Assembly: GCA_951406725.2 (NCBI GenBank)
Contig: OX597836.1
Location: forward strand, 31,992,001-32,056,000
Source: Octopus vulgaris
Taxonomy: Eukaryota
Direction of reading: 5' to 3'
DNA: 64,000 bases
Made by a program: the position numbers and the translations under genes. Under the pieces are notes generated by a model. The model saw only the letters and a program-made list of their open reading frames with translations, did no database searches and was not told the DNA's origin. Below are positions 1 to 12,517 of this stretch, piece by piece (within the stretch, counting starts at the first letter, position 1; each line of letters starts with the position of its first letter).

Positions 1-249
1 TATATTTTCCTATGCCTCTATGAATGAAATTATTCTAAATACTAACTAACTCTCCTATAGATGATCCCATACTAAGCTCAGCTCTGATTGTCTTACACCC
101 CCATAAATGGTTCCCATTCCATTCTCTCACTGTCTTATGCCCCTAACATTATCCTACTGTAAACTCAATGTCTTACACATCTATTTGATGGACATTGAAT
201 GTTTCACATCCCTATAAATAATCCTATTTTGAACCCTCAATTTAAATTT

Positions 250-830
250 TTAAAAGCAAAGACTGTTGATTCATGAGACGTAGTCTCAACTTGAAGCTTT
301 TAGAACAAAACTTCAAATTTTGAAGAATCAACTTGGGATTGGTGATGCTTTCCATTTCCCCATACAAACCATTTGCAGTGAATCTGGATAAAACGGTTTT
401 GCTGTGAAGTTATATGTGTTGAAAAAATAGCTAAATGCCAAATTTAAGGACTCCAAAGCCAGAGAAGCTGATTTTAACCTTTTTGGAAATCGATTTAATG
501 CCAATGTTTAAAAAAAAAATAGCATGAAAATAACTGAGATTCAAAGTGATGATTTTTTTAAAGCTAAAATTGAAAGATGAATTTCCATTGTCGTTTTATG
601 AAACTCTTCCTGAAGAAAACTACCACAAAACTGTATGTTACACTAAAAAAATATACTGCCATGATTTGTAGCACATATATCTGTGAACAACATTTTTCTG
701 GAATGAAAATAGTGTCAAAAACTAAGTCAAGATTGACAGATATTCATTTCTATGACAATTTATGAGTTTCAACATCACAAATATTTGTAAACATTGGAAA
801 AGTTGCTAAAAAAAATGTTCCATGATGTCA
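250..830 (+). pseudogene. hAT (SPIN/Charlie, GTF2IRD2-like) transposase C-terminal fossil
   Basis: ORF 577-765 contains MICSTYICEQHFSGMKIVSKTKSRLTDIHF, which resembles the hAT dimerisation-domain consensus FGSTYxCEQxFSxMKxxKSxxRSRLTD. Stops and frameshifts are present. Confidence 0.8.
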
Positions 831-1342
831 AGTGTTTCACAGGAATTTGTAAATTATTTCTATTGACGTCAATAACAAATGAATAATAAATATGATGTTT
901 CATGTCTGTATTTTGTTAGGTAGTGCTTTAATCATTCTAAGAGGTTTGGTTAGACTATTTTCCTCATCTATTTTCCTCATATTTTTTCCCAGTATTTTAG
1001 TTGTTTCAGCCATCTTGTCAAGTCATGTTAATTTCTATTTCTATCTATCTCACATTTATTTATTTATTTATTTAGTTACTTCACTCAACTACCTTTTCCT
1101 CAACCACCATAACTTAAAACAGTGCAAATAAACAAAACACATTACAATGATTAAGTATGGTGTTTCTTGAAATTTGAAACATTTCATTGAAGGTAACATT
1201 TTCAGCACTTTAAACAAATGGCAATTTTTATTAAAGAAGATCTTACATATAAACAACATTTGCTTTTGAAACAGGAAACACCCATAATCATTTTTTTCTC
1301 TGGAGAAGAGCTGTATTTTTTCTTTAACAAATTTTTTTCCGT

Positions 1343-1585
1343 TAGACCTGCATTGGGTGGATGTAGGTGTCTTCAAAATAAAGCTGGACCTCTTACTGTC
1401 AAGTGTCCCAGATGAACCAACTTCGTGGCAGGAGGTGCAGATGAGGGCAGCTGCATCAAACTAATTCATGCATCAAATGTCAATTCCTAAAAAGCATTCA
1501 TGAAGTAAAATTATGTAGCAACACCAAATGGTGGTGCCCCAGCATGGCCGCAACTCGTGAGCTGAAACTAGACAAAGTAAAAAAA
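1343..1585 (+). mobile_element. 3' end of a CR1/L2-group LINE (ORF2 C-terminus + 3' UTR)
   Basis: Translates DLHWVDVGVFKIKLDLLLSSVPDEPTSWQEVQMRAAASN*, similar to the FKxxLDxFLxxVPDEP...RAAxSN C-terminus of invertebrate CR1-group LINEs. Followed by a GGTGGTGCCCCAGCATGGCC...TGAAAC tail. Confidence 0.65.
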
Positions 1586-1749
1586 TATATAGTTTAATGA
1601 ATATATTACAAACAAATCTTACTAAATGGTGTGCCCTGGTGGCCAGTAATTGTAAGGGAAATAATCACTTCTAGATTAGTCATGGTGGGAGTGGAAGTTT
1701 GAGATTTAAATCAAAGAGAAATGAAGAAGATGTACAGGATATATATATA

Positions 1750-2660
1750 AGCACAGACATGGCTGTGTGGAAAGAAGTTTGCTTCCTAAGTACATAGATT
1801 CTGGTTCAGTCCTACCGTGTGACGTCTTGGACAAGTATCTTCTATTACAGCTTTTAAATTGAAAAGTAACATTAATATAAAACTATACATAAGACTAGAA
1901 ATGTTGTGATCTTTTTAAGGAATAAGAGGAAAAAATAATAAATCTTTTAGTTGCTTAAGTCATGAGACTGTGGCCATGCTGGGGCACCACCTTGAAGAAT
2001 TTTTAACTGAATGATTTGACCATAGTGCTTTTTAAAGCTCGGTATTTATTCTATTGGTGTATTTTGCAGAACCAATAAGTTGCAGGGACATAAACACACC
2101 AACACTGGTTGTCAAGTGGTGGGGGACAAACAGAGATACAAAGGCTTTTCCTGACCACGTGGTTCTGTGTTCAGTCCCAATGCATGGCACCTTGGGCAAG
2201 TGTCTTCTGCTTTAGCCCTGAGCCAACCAAAGCCTTGTGAGAGAATTTGACTAACAGAAACTGAAAGAAACCCATCATATATATATATGTGTGTATATAT
2301 TTGTGTGTATGTGTCTGTGTTTGTACCCTTGCCGTTGCTTGACAACAGATGCTGGTGTGTTTATGTCCTTGTAACTTAGCAGTTCAGCAAAAGAGACCAA
2401 TAGAATAAGTCCTGGGGTCGATGTTTTCAACTGAAATCCTTTAAGGTGGTGCTCCAGCATGGTTGCAGTCAAATAATTGAAACAAGTAAAAGAATATACA
2501 TACAATGGGCTTCTTTCACTTTCCATTTACCAAATCCACTCACAAAGTTTTGGTCAGCCTGAGGCAGGATAGAAAACACTGAAGGTGCCACACAGTGGGA
2601 CTGATCCAGGAACCATGTGGTTGGGAAGCAAGTTTCTTACCACACAGCCATACCTATGCC
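1750..2660. mobile_element. Cluster of SINE family A copies in alternating orientation
   Basis: tRNA-like head TGGCTGTGTGG..GGTTCAGTCCC, CORE-like ACCTTGGGCAAGTGTCTT, tail GGTGCTCCAGCATGG..GAAACAAGTAAAAG. Pieces at ~1750-1855(+), 1945-2135(-), 2140-2495(+), 2505-2660(-). Confidence 0.85.
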
Positions 2661-3035
2661 TATTATTCATAATTTAATTCACTGATTTTTCAAGTATTCT
2701 TTTTTTCTTTTAATTATTCTATAATGTATTACAGAGGCAGCATGTGTTAATCACATTGTTAGTAGGATTTGAACCCAGAGTGCAGAGAGCTGGAACAAAA
2801 ACTGCAAATATTCTTTTAATATTAGCAAATCATTCTGTGACGTGTGCAACAGCAACTAGCATATTTGCATTCAAACCTGCTGGAACATATTAAAAATAAA
2901 TATGCAAATCATCCTTTCAGATCTTGTGGCATAATTTCTGAAATTTTATCTCATTAATAAATTCATTTGCCTGCAGAAATGTTTTAGGATCAAGCTTATA
3001 TATATATATATATATATTTATGTGCCCTTTTCAAG

Positions 3036-3071
3036 CTTGGAATCAAACTCGGAATCTTGGAATCTCGGAAA

Positions 3072-3131
<60 letters not shown>

Positions 3132-3320
3132 TAATAATGATAATAAGAATGATAATAATAATAATAACATTGAAAAATACCTTAGGAATGAGAACCCAGG
3201 TTCGAAATTTCCCCCAAGACACCTGATGAAGCCTGGAGGGTATATCAGCTGAAACATTGTGTTAACAACAAACAAGATGAGGACAAATATCCGTCAAATG
3301 TAAACAATGTAAATAATATA
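3036..3320 (+). mobile_element. tRNA-head/(AAT)n/hammerhead element, copy 1 (head fragment inverted)
   Basis: Body 3165-3320 is the reverse complement of ~57125-57282. Segment 3038-3060 matches the tRNA head of that copy but lies in opposite orientation relative to the body. Confidence 0.8.
3218..3263 (+). ncRNA. Minimal type I hammerhead ribozyme motif (Penelope-type), slightly decayed
   Basis: GACAC-CUGAUGA-stem II (AGCCUGG/UCAGCU)-GAAA-CAUU-GUGUU. Stem I GACAC/GUGUU pairs. GAAACAUU looks like CpG decay of palindromic GAAACGUU. Confidence 0.7.
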
Positions 3321-3675
3321 CATACACATGTATGTATGTATATCACATGGTTAAATAAATATATATTCAACTCTCATACCTTCTGAATTTGTGGTTTTAT
3401 AAACTCCTCATGGAATAATCACAGTGATTGAATCTTCTGGATTTTCAGTTTGTGAACTATCTACATTATGCTTCTTTGTCATTGCTTGCTATGTGGACTG
3501 ATAGCCAAGTCTATGAGAAGAACTTCTTGTGATAGCTGCATTATTTTTTATATCCACAGCTTATGTTACTCATTTATACATATGTGTGTGTGTGTGTGTG
3601 TGTGTGAGTGTGTGTGTGTGTGTATGTGTTTGTGTGTGTGTGTGTGTGAATGAGTGTGAATCTGTGTGTATATAT

Positions 3676-3978
3676 GTCACAGTGACCGACCAGGCTATCA
3701 GATGTTGCTACACATCGCTGGTCACAATGTGCTTTGCATTGCTTTAGCCTTCAAATGATGCCACCCCACTGGCTAAGTGAGCAGGCTAACAGAAGAAAGA
3801 GAGAGAGAAAGTTGGAGAGAAAGAGTACAGCAGGGATCGCCACCACCCACTGCCGGAGCTTTCGTGGAGCTTTAGGTGTTTTCGCTCAATAAACACTCAC
3901 AATGCCTGGTCTGGGAATCGAAACCGCGATCCTACGACCGCGTGTCCGCTGCCCTAACCACTGGGCCATTGCGCCTCC
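3676..3978 (-). mobile_element. SINE family C (tRNA-derived)
   Basis: Head GGAGGCGCAATGGCCCAGTGGTTAGGGCAGCGG...GGTTTCGATTCCC with A/B boxes, shared with 11292-11450. Confidence 0.85.
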
Positions 3979-4038
3979 ATGTGTGTATATATGTATGCAA
4001 GTTTATATAAATGTGTACAGACATACGTATATGTGTGC

Positions 4039-4091
<53 letters not shown>

Positions 4092-4235
4092 TATGTGTGC
4101 TGGTAGGTGCCCAGCTTATTTATATCTCTCTTTACATTGACACTACTTAAACAAAACAGCATCTGTGTTTATGACCCATAAATGACAGTGCCACAAATAA
4201 GAGATTGCTAAGATGGGCACCAGACTTAGCAATGG

Positions 4236-4446
4236 ATTTATCATACAGATGGCAATATCTAAATTAAGAATTAGAATCAATAAGCAAACTGAAAACTTTC
4301 AAGGTGTTGCTCCGGCATTATTCACAGTTCAATGATCAATAGATAGCTTTATCATATTAATGGCAATATTTAAATTAAAAATTAGGATCAATAATCAGCT
4401 AAAAACTTTTAAGGTGTTGCCCCAGCATGGTCACAGTTCAGTGATC
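4236..4446 (+). repeat. Diverged ~110-bp tandem duplication including a SINE A tail
   Basis: TTTATCATA...GGCAATAT.TAAATTAA...AAGGTGTTGC.CC.GCAT...CACAGTTCA.TGATC occurs twice. Confidence 0.75.
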
Positions 4447-4867
4447 TAGAAATGGCTTCTTTTAAAACAGCCAGATTCTAGAAACTTTGGACTCGTTAGA
4501 AGAAGTATTTAAAATTCCAATGTTGGTGTAGATGAATGTCTCTAATGAATAAATGACATACGAGATTGTATCTCATTAATAGATTTGCCTGTAGAGATAT
4601 CTTAGAATCAAGAATAAATATTCTGTTCATTATAATACCAATAAAAGAACAGAAAATATTTCTTTAGCCATATTTCATTACCATGGTTAGAATGCTACAG
4701 GAAAGAATCACAAGGCAGATTCTTCAAGACCTAGGGACACATTAAGAACAAATGGTAGGAGAGTATCCATAATTTCAGTTGGCCATTGTTAGGGATCCAG
4801 CAGGAATATGTAATGGTAGTTGTGGTTGTTGCTTTTAGGATTCAATAGAAGAGATGCCTGAAGTCTC

Positions 4868-5102
4868 CTTTATTTCTTTATTGCCCACAAGGGGCTAAAT
4901 ATAGAGGGGACAAACAAGGACAGACAAAGGGGTTACGTCAATTACAACGACCTCAGTGCATAACTGGTGCATAATTTATCGACCCCAAAAGGATGAAAGG
5001 CAAAGCTGACCTCGGTGGAATTTGAACTCAGAACGTAAGAAGCCAAAATACCACTAAGCATTTTGCCCGGTGTGCTAACATTTCTGCCAGCTCACCACCT
5101 TA
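4868..5102 (-). mobile_element. SINE family B (tRNA head + Meta-like central domain)
   Basis: GAGCTGGCAGAA..TTAGCAC, B box GAGTTCAAATTCC, central GCCTTTCATCCTTT.GGGGTCGATAAA resembling the MetaSINE domain. Many further copies in the window. Confidence 0.85.
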
Positions 5103-5969
5103 GATGCCTGAAGTTTCCACTCCCATAATAATGGAATAATGGACATGGAAGATAGATGGGTCTTTCAAAAATTTTTGCTTCCCAGCCACATGGTTCAGAA
5201 TTTAGTCCCTCTGAATAGCACCTTGGGAAGTATCTACTACTAAACCCTCAGGCTAACCAAAGCCTTGTGAGTAGTTTTGGTAGATAGAAACTGAAAGAAG
5301 CATGTCATGTATAAATATATTAATCAAAGTGTACAGTATTATATATCCATTATGGCTGATCTTGCGGAATGGTTTCACACTAAGGGCTCAACGGAGTGTT
5401 AGATAACAGTCTGGTTATGTAACCCTGTACTCTTCAGAGTTGGAAGTTATATAAGGAAATGTGTGTGTGAGTTTGTCCACCACCACAGCTTGACAGCCAC
5501 TTGGTATGTTTATCTCCCTGTAACTTAGTTGTTCAGCAAAAGGACTGTTCAAATAAGCACTAGATTAAAAAAGAAGAAAACAAGTAGTGGTGCCGATTTG
5601 TTTGACCAAAATTCTTCAAGGTGGTGCCCCAGCATGGCCGTAGTCTATTGATTGAAACAAGTAAAAGATAAAAGATAAAAGAAGGATTCATAAAAATAAA
5701 CCTAAATTTTTCATTATAAACTTGGTGTTTGGGGCATAACTTAACAAAATGATTAATTTTTGATTAATTTAAGGTAGAAGGTTTTAATTTAAATATGGAC
5801 AGTTGAAAAGCAGCTGTCACTTAATCAAAGGACCAGATGTGGTCTCAGGCAAGTTAATAAAAGGGTTAATCCTGTAATAAAAGAAGTGTAACATTACATT
5901 GAATTCTCCCAGTGGAATCTTTGATCATCCCCAAAATTCTTGTTTTTATTATGTTTTTTTTTTAATTTT

Positions 5970-6812
5970 TTACTTTTTTTCAGTGATAAGATTGCAGCCA
6001 TACTGGGAACCCAACTTGGAGTGTTTAGTTGACCCCAGCACTTATTTTCTAAACCTAGTACCTATTCTATCACAGTCTCTTCTACTGAACCACTAATTTA
6101 TGAAGACATAAACAAACTGACACCATTTGCCAAATAGTTGTAGGAACAAACACAAATGCACATACACACATCAATACACACACATTATGGGCTTCTTTCA
6201 GTTTCCATCTATCAAGTCTACTTACAAGGCTTTGCTCAGCCCAAGGCTATAGTGGAATATACATGCTCAAGTTGCCATGCAGTGGGACTGAACCCAAGAC
6301 CATATGGTTGGGAAGTAAGCTCCTTAACCACCTAGCCATATCTGCATCTATTGTATTAGCAATTTCCACACATTATGATGTATGTCACAATAATTAGGCG
6401 TGGCTGTGTAATAAGAAGCTTACTTCCCAACCACATCATTCTGGGTTCAATACCTCTGCATGGCAACATGGGCAAGTGTCTTCTGCTATAGCTTTAGGAT
6501 GACCAAAGCCTTGTGAGTGGATTTGGTAGATGGAAACTGAAAGAAGCCCGTTGTGTGTGTGTGTGCATGTGTGTGTGTGTATATATATATACATATGATA
6601 CATATGAGTCTGTGTCTGTTTGTCCCCACCACCGCTTGACAACTGGTGTTGGTGTGTTTACCTCCCTGTAACATAGTGGTTCAACAAAAGAGATTGATGG
6701 AATAAGTACCAGGCTTAGCAAAAAAAGCTACTGGGGTTGATACATTTGACTAAAAAATTGTTCAAGGTGGTGCCCCAGCATGGTTGCAATCTAATGACTG
6801 AAACAAGAAAAA
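5970..6812. mobile_element. Two divergently oriented SINE A copies
   Basis: ~5970-6345(-) and ~6397-6812(+), each with head, CORE-like motif, internal microsatellite and tail. Confidence 0.85.
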
Positions 6813-7373
6813 ATAATAGTCAATGCAATGACAACATTGGTATTTTATTTGTGAATAAGAAATTGCTTTGCTTTAACCCTTTAACTCTTAGTCATGTGTT
6901 ATATGGGTTCCATCATAACATACGGCATGTCTTGGGTATTTTTTTAAATTGGTGAAGTCCATTCCTCGCTTGGTCTGGACACGGCTGATTTGACTTACAG
7001 AGAAAGCGAAAGAGAGAATTAACTCTACTAAGTAATGGGCTGGTACCTTATTTACTGACCCTGAGAGGAGGAAGATGAAGTTGACCTCAGCAAGATTTGA
7101 ACTCAGAGTGCAGAGAGTCAGAACAAAAACTGTAAATGTTCTCTCCGTATTAGTAAATTATTCTGTGATGTACACAACAACAACAAGAAGTATATTTGCA
7201 TTTGAATCTGCTGATTCAAATCTGTTTGATATGAACATACTATCTCAGTAAAAGGGAAAGGTTTTTTTTTCCTTTGTGACAAACACAACAGCGACTATCA
7301 TATTTGCTTTTGAATCTGCCAGAATGTCATCATCATCACCACCACCACCACCACCAACCACCACCACCATCAC

Positions 7374-7414
<41 letters not shown>

Positions 7415-7790
7415 CCATCATCATCATCATTGTCTAACATCTGTTTTCCATGCTGTCATGGGCATTAAGAATGAATAAATAAATAAATGATTTTAGTAAA
7501 TTATCAATAACTGGGAAATGCATTGAATACTAATCTAAAGTCAGCCAATACATTTGACTTGAAATACTCAATAACATAACGGTCTTGTTCTGAATATGCA
7601 TCAAATTTTAATTAACAAAAACTTTTTTGACTCACTAGATTAAACACACCAGCACCCACTTTGCTCTTTCTTTAGTTTCCATGCACTGGTGTCTCTGAAT
7701 ATATTTCTGATCATCCCAAGTGTCCAGCCAGTAAAATTCTCACTCGCTTTCCCTCTCTGTAGTCATTCTAAGATTTACCAGTAATGATTA

Positions 7791-7840
7791 GACATTGCTT
7801 CCCTGATGAGGTTTAATGAGTCCAAAACATGTCCAGTGTC
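7791..7840 (+). ncRNA. Degenerate Penelope-type hammerhead motif
   Basis: CUGAUGAG...C-(A)AAA-CAUG-UC with palindromic ACAUGU. Flanks GACATTG/CAGTGTC pair. G12 is mutated to A. Confidence 0.5.
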
Positions 7841-9399
7841 ATCAACTATATTACCAATGATGTTACTCGTTCCTCACTTCACTACTATGATTTTTAACTT
7901 AGTTTCATCGATTTTTTCCACTGTCTGTTTTAACTAGAATTAGTTATTTAAATACTGATTGGTTTTTCACACTAAAAGTATAGATTTGATTAGTAAAAAT
8001 CTCTTTATTACTAACATTATATATGTCAGTACCCAATTAACGTGAGGAAAATCAACTAACTTCCTATGCAAGCATAAATTAACTATTTGATATTTCACTC
8101 ACAAAAAAAAATAAGTTTAAATCAACAAAATTAACCCTTTTGATACTAGTTTGCATAAAACTGCCCTTTGTTCTATGCATACCAGTACTCAGCATTCAAA
8201 ACCATGTCAGTCCAGTTACAAATGATGGCAAGGTGGTCTTAGCCTATATTTTAGCCCATCACTACTCTGACACATTTGTGTAGGTATGAAGTGTAAATCC
8301 TTAAAAAAAAAATCCTTAAAAATGTTTTAGCCGGAAGGCCACGGCCATGCTGGGGCACCACCACTGACTGTAATGGAAAATTCTATACAATTTCATGCCA
8401 AATAATGTTTATAAATTGACATGCACAGGGAATGCAAAGCTAAAAAGAGAAAGGAGAGTGAGTGCTTGCGAAGGCTTTCTTGGTCAATGGGCAATCATGC
8501 CACTTTGGCTACATGTTAGAAGACCACCTGACCAAACATGAAGATTCCCATTTTCCCCTCCTGCCAAATGTACATTATTACATAAGATACAGGCATTCAG
8601 TATAACAACCTTCAACCAATGACCTTTTTTTAATGGCAATATAGAAATGAATATGATCCATTACAACTGAACATTCTGGTTGATTTTATGTAAGAGATGA
8701 CACACAGCCAGAAAAAATTCCAGCTCCTAGCTAACCAAAGCCATGTAAGATATAAAGCATCCTGTTTTGAAGAGATCTAAATTAAACCTGTCTTCAAAAT
8801 ATCATATTGATTTGTTTCAGATACCGTCTTAAAACCATCTTAATAGTAACAATGTTACTTTAACAAGAGTCTTCATTATTTTAAACACTATTTGAAAGAA
8901 GATCATTGTATGTTTGTACAAGAAACTCTCTTCACCCAAAAATGTTAAATAACCTGTTTTATGCAACACTGATTGTTTGCCATGGAATTACCACTCAAAT
9001 TTCCCTGGGAGACCACATTCTGGCTTCCTAATCAAACTATATAATAACATGCTTAAACGTGCTGTTTGTCTGTCTATTACTATGGTCTCAAGTTATATTT
9101 AAATTATGAAATCCCTGTGTATAGTCTTTAACATTGCAAGATAAATACATAAAGTTCTTTTTTTTCTTTTTTTGCCAGACATGCTTTGGAAGTATAAATA
9201 TATTTGAATATAATGACTGTGTTAATGGCTTAATCATGAAGAGTACACTGTTAATACTTCACAGATGTGTCAAACTGAGTCAACTAAAGTTTGCCTGGTG
9301 ATATAAATATCAGCTTTTATCTTCTACTCTTGAGAGTCTATTTACATACGATTTTATGATTATAAAATTCTCATATAACTACGATTACACAGGATAATT

Positions 9400-9697
9400 A
9401 TATATATACATATATATATATAATATAATATAGATACATATATACAGAGATGCATACATACATACATACATACATACATGCATACATATATACATACATA
9501 CATACATACATACATACATACAAGCATACTTATATACATACATACATGCATAAATGGATAGGTAGATACATAGATATACATATAATATATATGTATATAA
9601 AAGTATGAATATATACTATATATATATATATATATATGCATATGTGTATATATATGTGTGTGTATATGTATTTATACGTATATATGTATATATATGC

Positions 9698-9738
<41 letters not shown>

Positions 9739-9780
9739 TGTATATATGTATATGCGTATAGTTATGTATATATGTATATA

Positions 9781-9849
<69 letters not shown>

Positions 9850-9856
9850 CCAAGTA

Positions 9857-9894
<38 letters not shown>

Positions 9895-9905
9895 CACACA
9901 CATAT
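9400..9905. repeat. Compound (TA)n/(TACA)n microsatellite
   Basis: Direct inspection. Similar tracts at 13670-13960, 26125-26315, 27570-28040, 29295-29555 and 35700-36110. Confidence 0.95.
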
Positions 9906-10432
9906 AAAATACTACATTATATTCCATCAGTGTCTGGAACATGAAACAATTTCATTTAGAATCTCACCTTCAGATGTCCTCAAACAAAATCATAAATGAG
10001 TTTGCTTTCAGTTAGTTATATGACTATAAATGTTTCACACGACGAAAGAGACTAACAGAGTAAGTTCCAAACTTACAAACAGAAGCACAGGGGCTGATTT
10101 GTTCGACTAAACCCTTCAAGGCATTGCTCCAGCATGACCACAGTTTAATGCCTGAAACAAGTAAGAGATAAAAGATAAAAGATGTAATTATGGTTACCAT
10201 TCTTCCTTGTCAACTCTAGGCACAAAGCACGATATTTTTGGGGAGGGGGGCAGTCAATTAAGTCGACACCTGTATGCAACTGGTGCTTAATTTATTGACC
10301 CCGAGAGTATGGAAGGCAAAGTCAACCTCGGCAGAATTTGAACTCAGAATGTAATTACAGAGGAAATACCTCTAAGCATTTTACATGGCATGCTAACATT
10401 TCTGCCAGCTCTCCACTGTAATAATAATAATA

Positions 10433-10489
<57 letters not shown>

Positions 10490-11291
10490 GACTTAGAGGT
10501 TTGACCACAGTAGCCTTTAGTGATCAACAAGATGTAAGTTTAATATTCAAGTGGCCTCCTCCCAGGCTTGGAAAGCTCCTTCTACTCTGGTTGCAAATGT
10601 ATGTACACCGCTAAAAGCACTCAAAAGCAAGTTTGTTGTGTTAAACCTGGTGAGAGATGAAGTCTATGACTCAAACAGGCCATGGCAGGATTTGAACTCT
10701 GAATGCAATGAGTGAAAAGGCATCCTGTCTGTCACCCTAACAGTCCCATTAGTCCACCACCCCAGGTTTGTACTTTATTTGTTGACTACAGAGGGAAGGA
10801 GAAGCAAAAGTAGCCCTGGTAGGATTAGAACTCAGAGTGCAAGAAGCTGGGATACATACAGCAAGGCATTTAGCCTAGTGTTCTAAACAATCTGCCAATT
10901 CGCCTTGAGCTACATCATTGCATTCCTCATGTAAACAAAACCAATGTAAACAAACCAATACCAGTTGTCAAGTGACAGTGAAAGACAAACACAGAGACAC
11001 ACACACACACACACACATTTACATATATGCAAACATACATTCTTACATCACTCCAAACTTGCTAAAATGATATTCAAAGTGGTTTATATGATCGGAAATA
11101 TAACTTCGAAGTCTTCATGGTGTCATAGTGAGGATTTGATTGAAGATTCTGTAAAAAAAAAAAAAAGAAAAGTAGTAAGCTTTCCAAATATAAAAAAGTA
11201 TACAAAAATAAACATCATTTTCTATCTTATTTCATTTTGAAAAAAAAAAAAATTATTTTATGGTTTATATTTTGAATTACATATACTGCAG

Positions 11292-11802
11292 TGGGGGCAC
11301 AATGGCCCAGTGGTTAGGGCAGTGAACTCGTGGTTGTAGGATCATGGTTTCGATTCCCAAACCGGGCATTGTGAGTGTTTATTGAGCGAAAACACCTAAA
11401 GCTCCATGAGGCTCCGGCAAGGGGTGGTGGTGAACCCTACTATACTCTTTCACCACAACTTTCTCTCACTCTTTCTTCTTGTTTCTGTTGTACCTATATT
11501 TCAAAGGGCCAGCCTTGTCACACTCTGTGTTATGCTGAATCTCCCTGAGAACTACGTTAAGGGTACATGTGTCTGTGGACTGCATGTTAATAAATGAGCT
11601 GTGACATCACTAGTGCCAAGCTGTATCGGCCCCTTTGCCTTTCCCTTGAATAACATCGGTGGCATAGAGAGAGGAGGCTGGTATGCGTGGGCGACTGCTG
11701 GTCTTCCATAAATAACCTTGCTCAGACTTGTGCCTCGGAGAGTAACCTTCTAGGTGTAATCCCATGGTCATTCATGACCAAAAGGGGTCACAACAACAAC
11801 AA
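11292..11802 (+). mobile_element. Full-length SINE family C variant with (AAC)n tail
   Basis: tRNA-like head, long body, AAC tail. Flanked by ATACTGCA / ATACTGTA (possible TSD). Confidence 0.8.
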
Positions 11803-11803
11803 A

Positions 11804-11970
11804 TACTGTATTTTAATGTGTATAAGGAACTCTCTAATTTTGGGGGCTTAAAATCTGGAAAAAAGGTTTTGTAAGGGATTTTAATGCTGTCCATTAATAG
11901 GAAGATCCCAATTTTTTTAAACCTAATTTTTGACAAAAAAAGGGTTCCTTATACATGTTAAAATACAGTA
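11804..11970. mobile_element. pogo/Tigger-type MITE
   Basis: Terminal inverted repeats TACTGTATTTTAATGTGTATAAGGAAC ... GTTCCTTATACATGTTAAAATACAGTA. Confidence 0.75.
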
Positions 11971-12517
11971 TATGGGGACACCAAAATATTTTAATTGCTT
12001 AGGGTTTCAATGGGTCTTAATCTAGCCCTGCCAGGGTGCCATGCAAAGGAATTGAACCCAAGACCATGTAGTTAGGAAGCAAACTTCTTACCACAAAGCC
12101 ATGAGAGCATCTATTGGACAAGAAAAATATTAAAAAAAAAACACAATTGCATAATTGCTGGGTTGAGGTTTTATGTTCAAATTGATTATTCATTCTGAAT
12201 TTCCCAGGTTGCTTTCCACCTCCACTTAAAACTAAATGCTATTAATAAAAAATTTTATAAAACCATTATAATGTTACACAAGGCACCTCAACATCAGCTT
12301 CAGCATTCTACTTTTACGTCAATGGTTTTTGTTGGTCACTGGTGACAGTATTCACACAGAGTATCAATACCAAAAGCTGTGAATTGGCGTAATTCCTCTA
12401 TCCATTATCATATTCTTTATTAATGGCAGTTACAGGTTCAGATGATTTGGTGTGAAATGAAATTCTATATGGCAATAGAGTGAACATATACAACAATCCA
12501 TGATAAGATACTTATGA

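Noticed and set aside
3905-3978. tRNA genes (also 11292, 36670, 57385, 63510)
   Set aside because: They are SINE heads: A/B boxes are present but acceptor stems are incomplete, and each continues into a repeat body.
9360-9999. Many ORFs of YI/CV/HT/poly-N/M/I type here and throughout the window
   Set aside because: They are stop-free translations of di- and trinucleotide microsatellites, with no exon structure.
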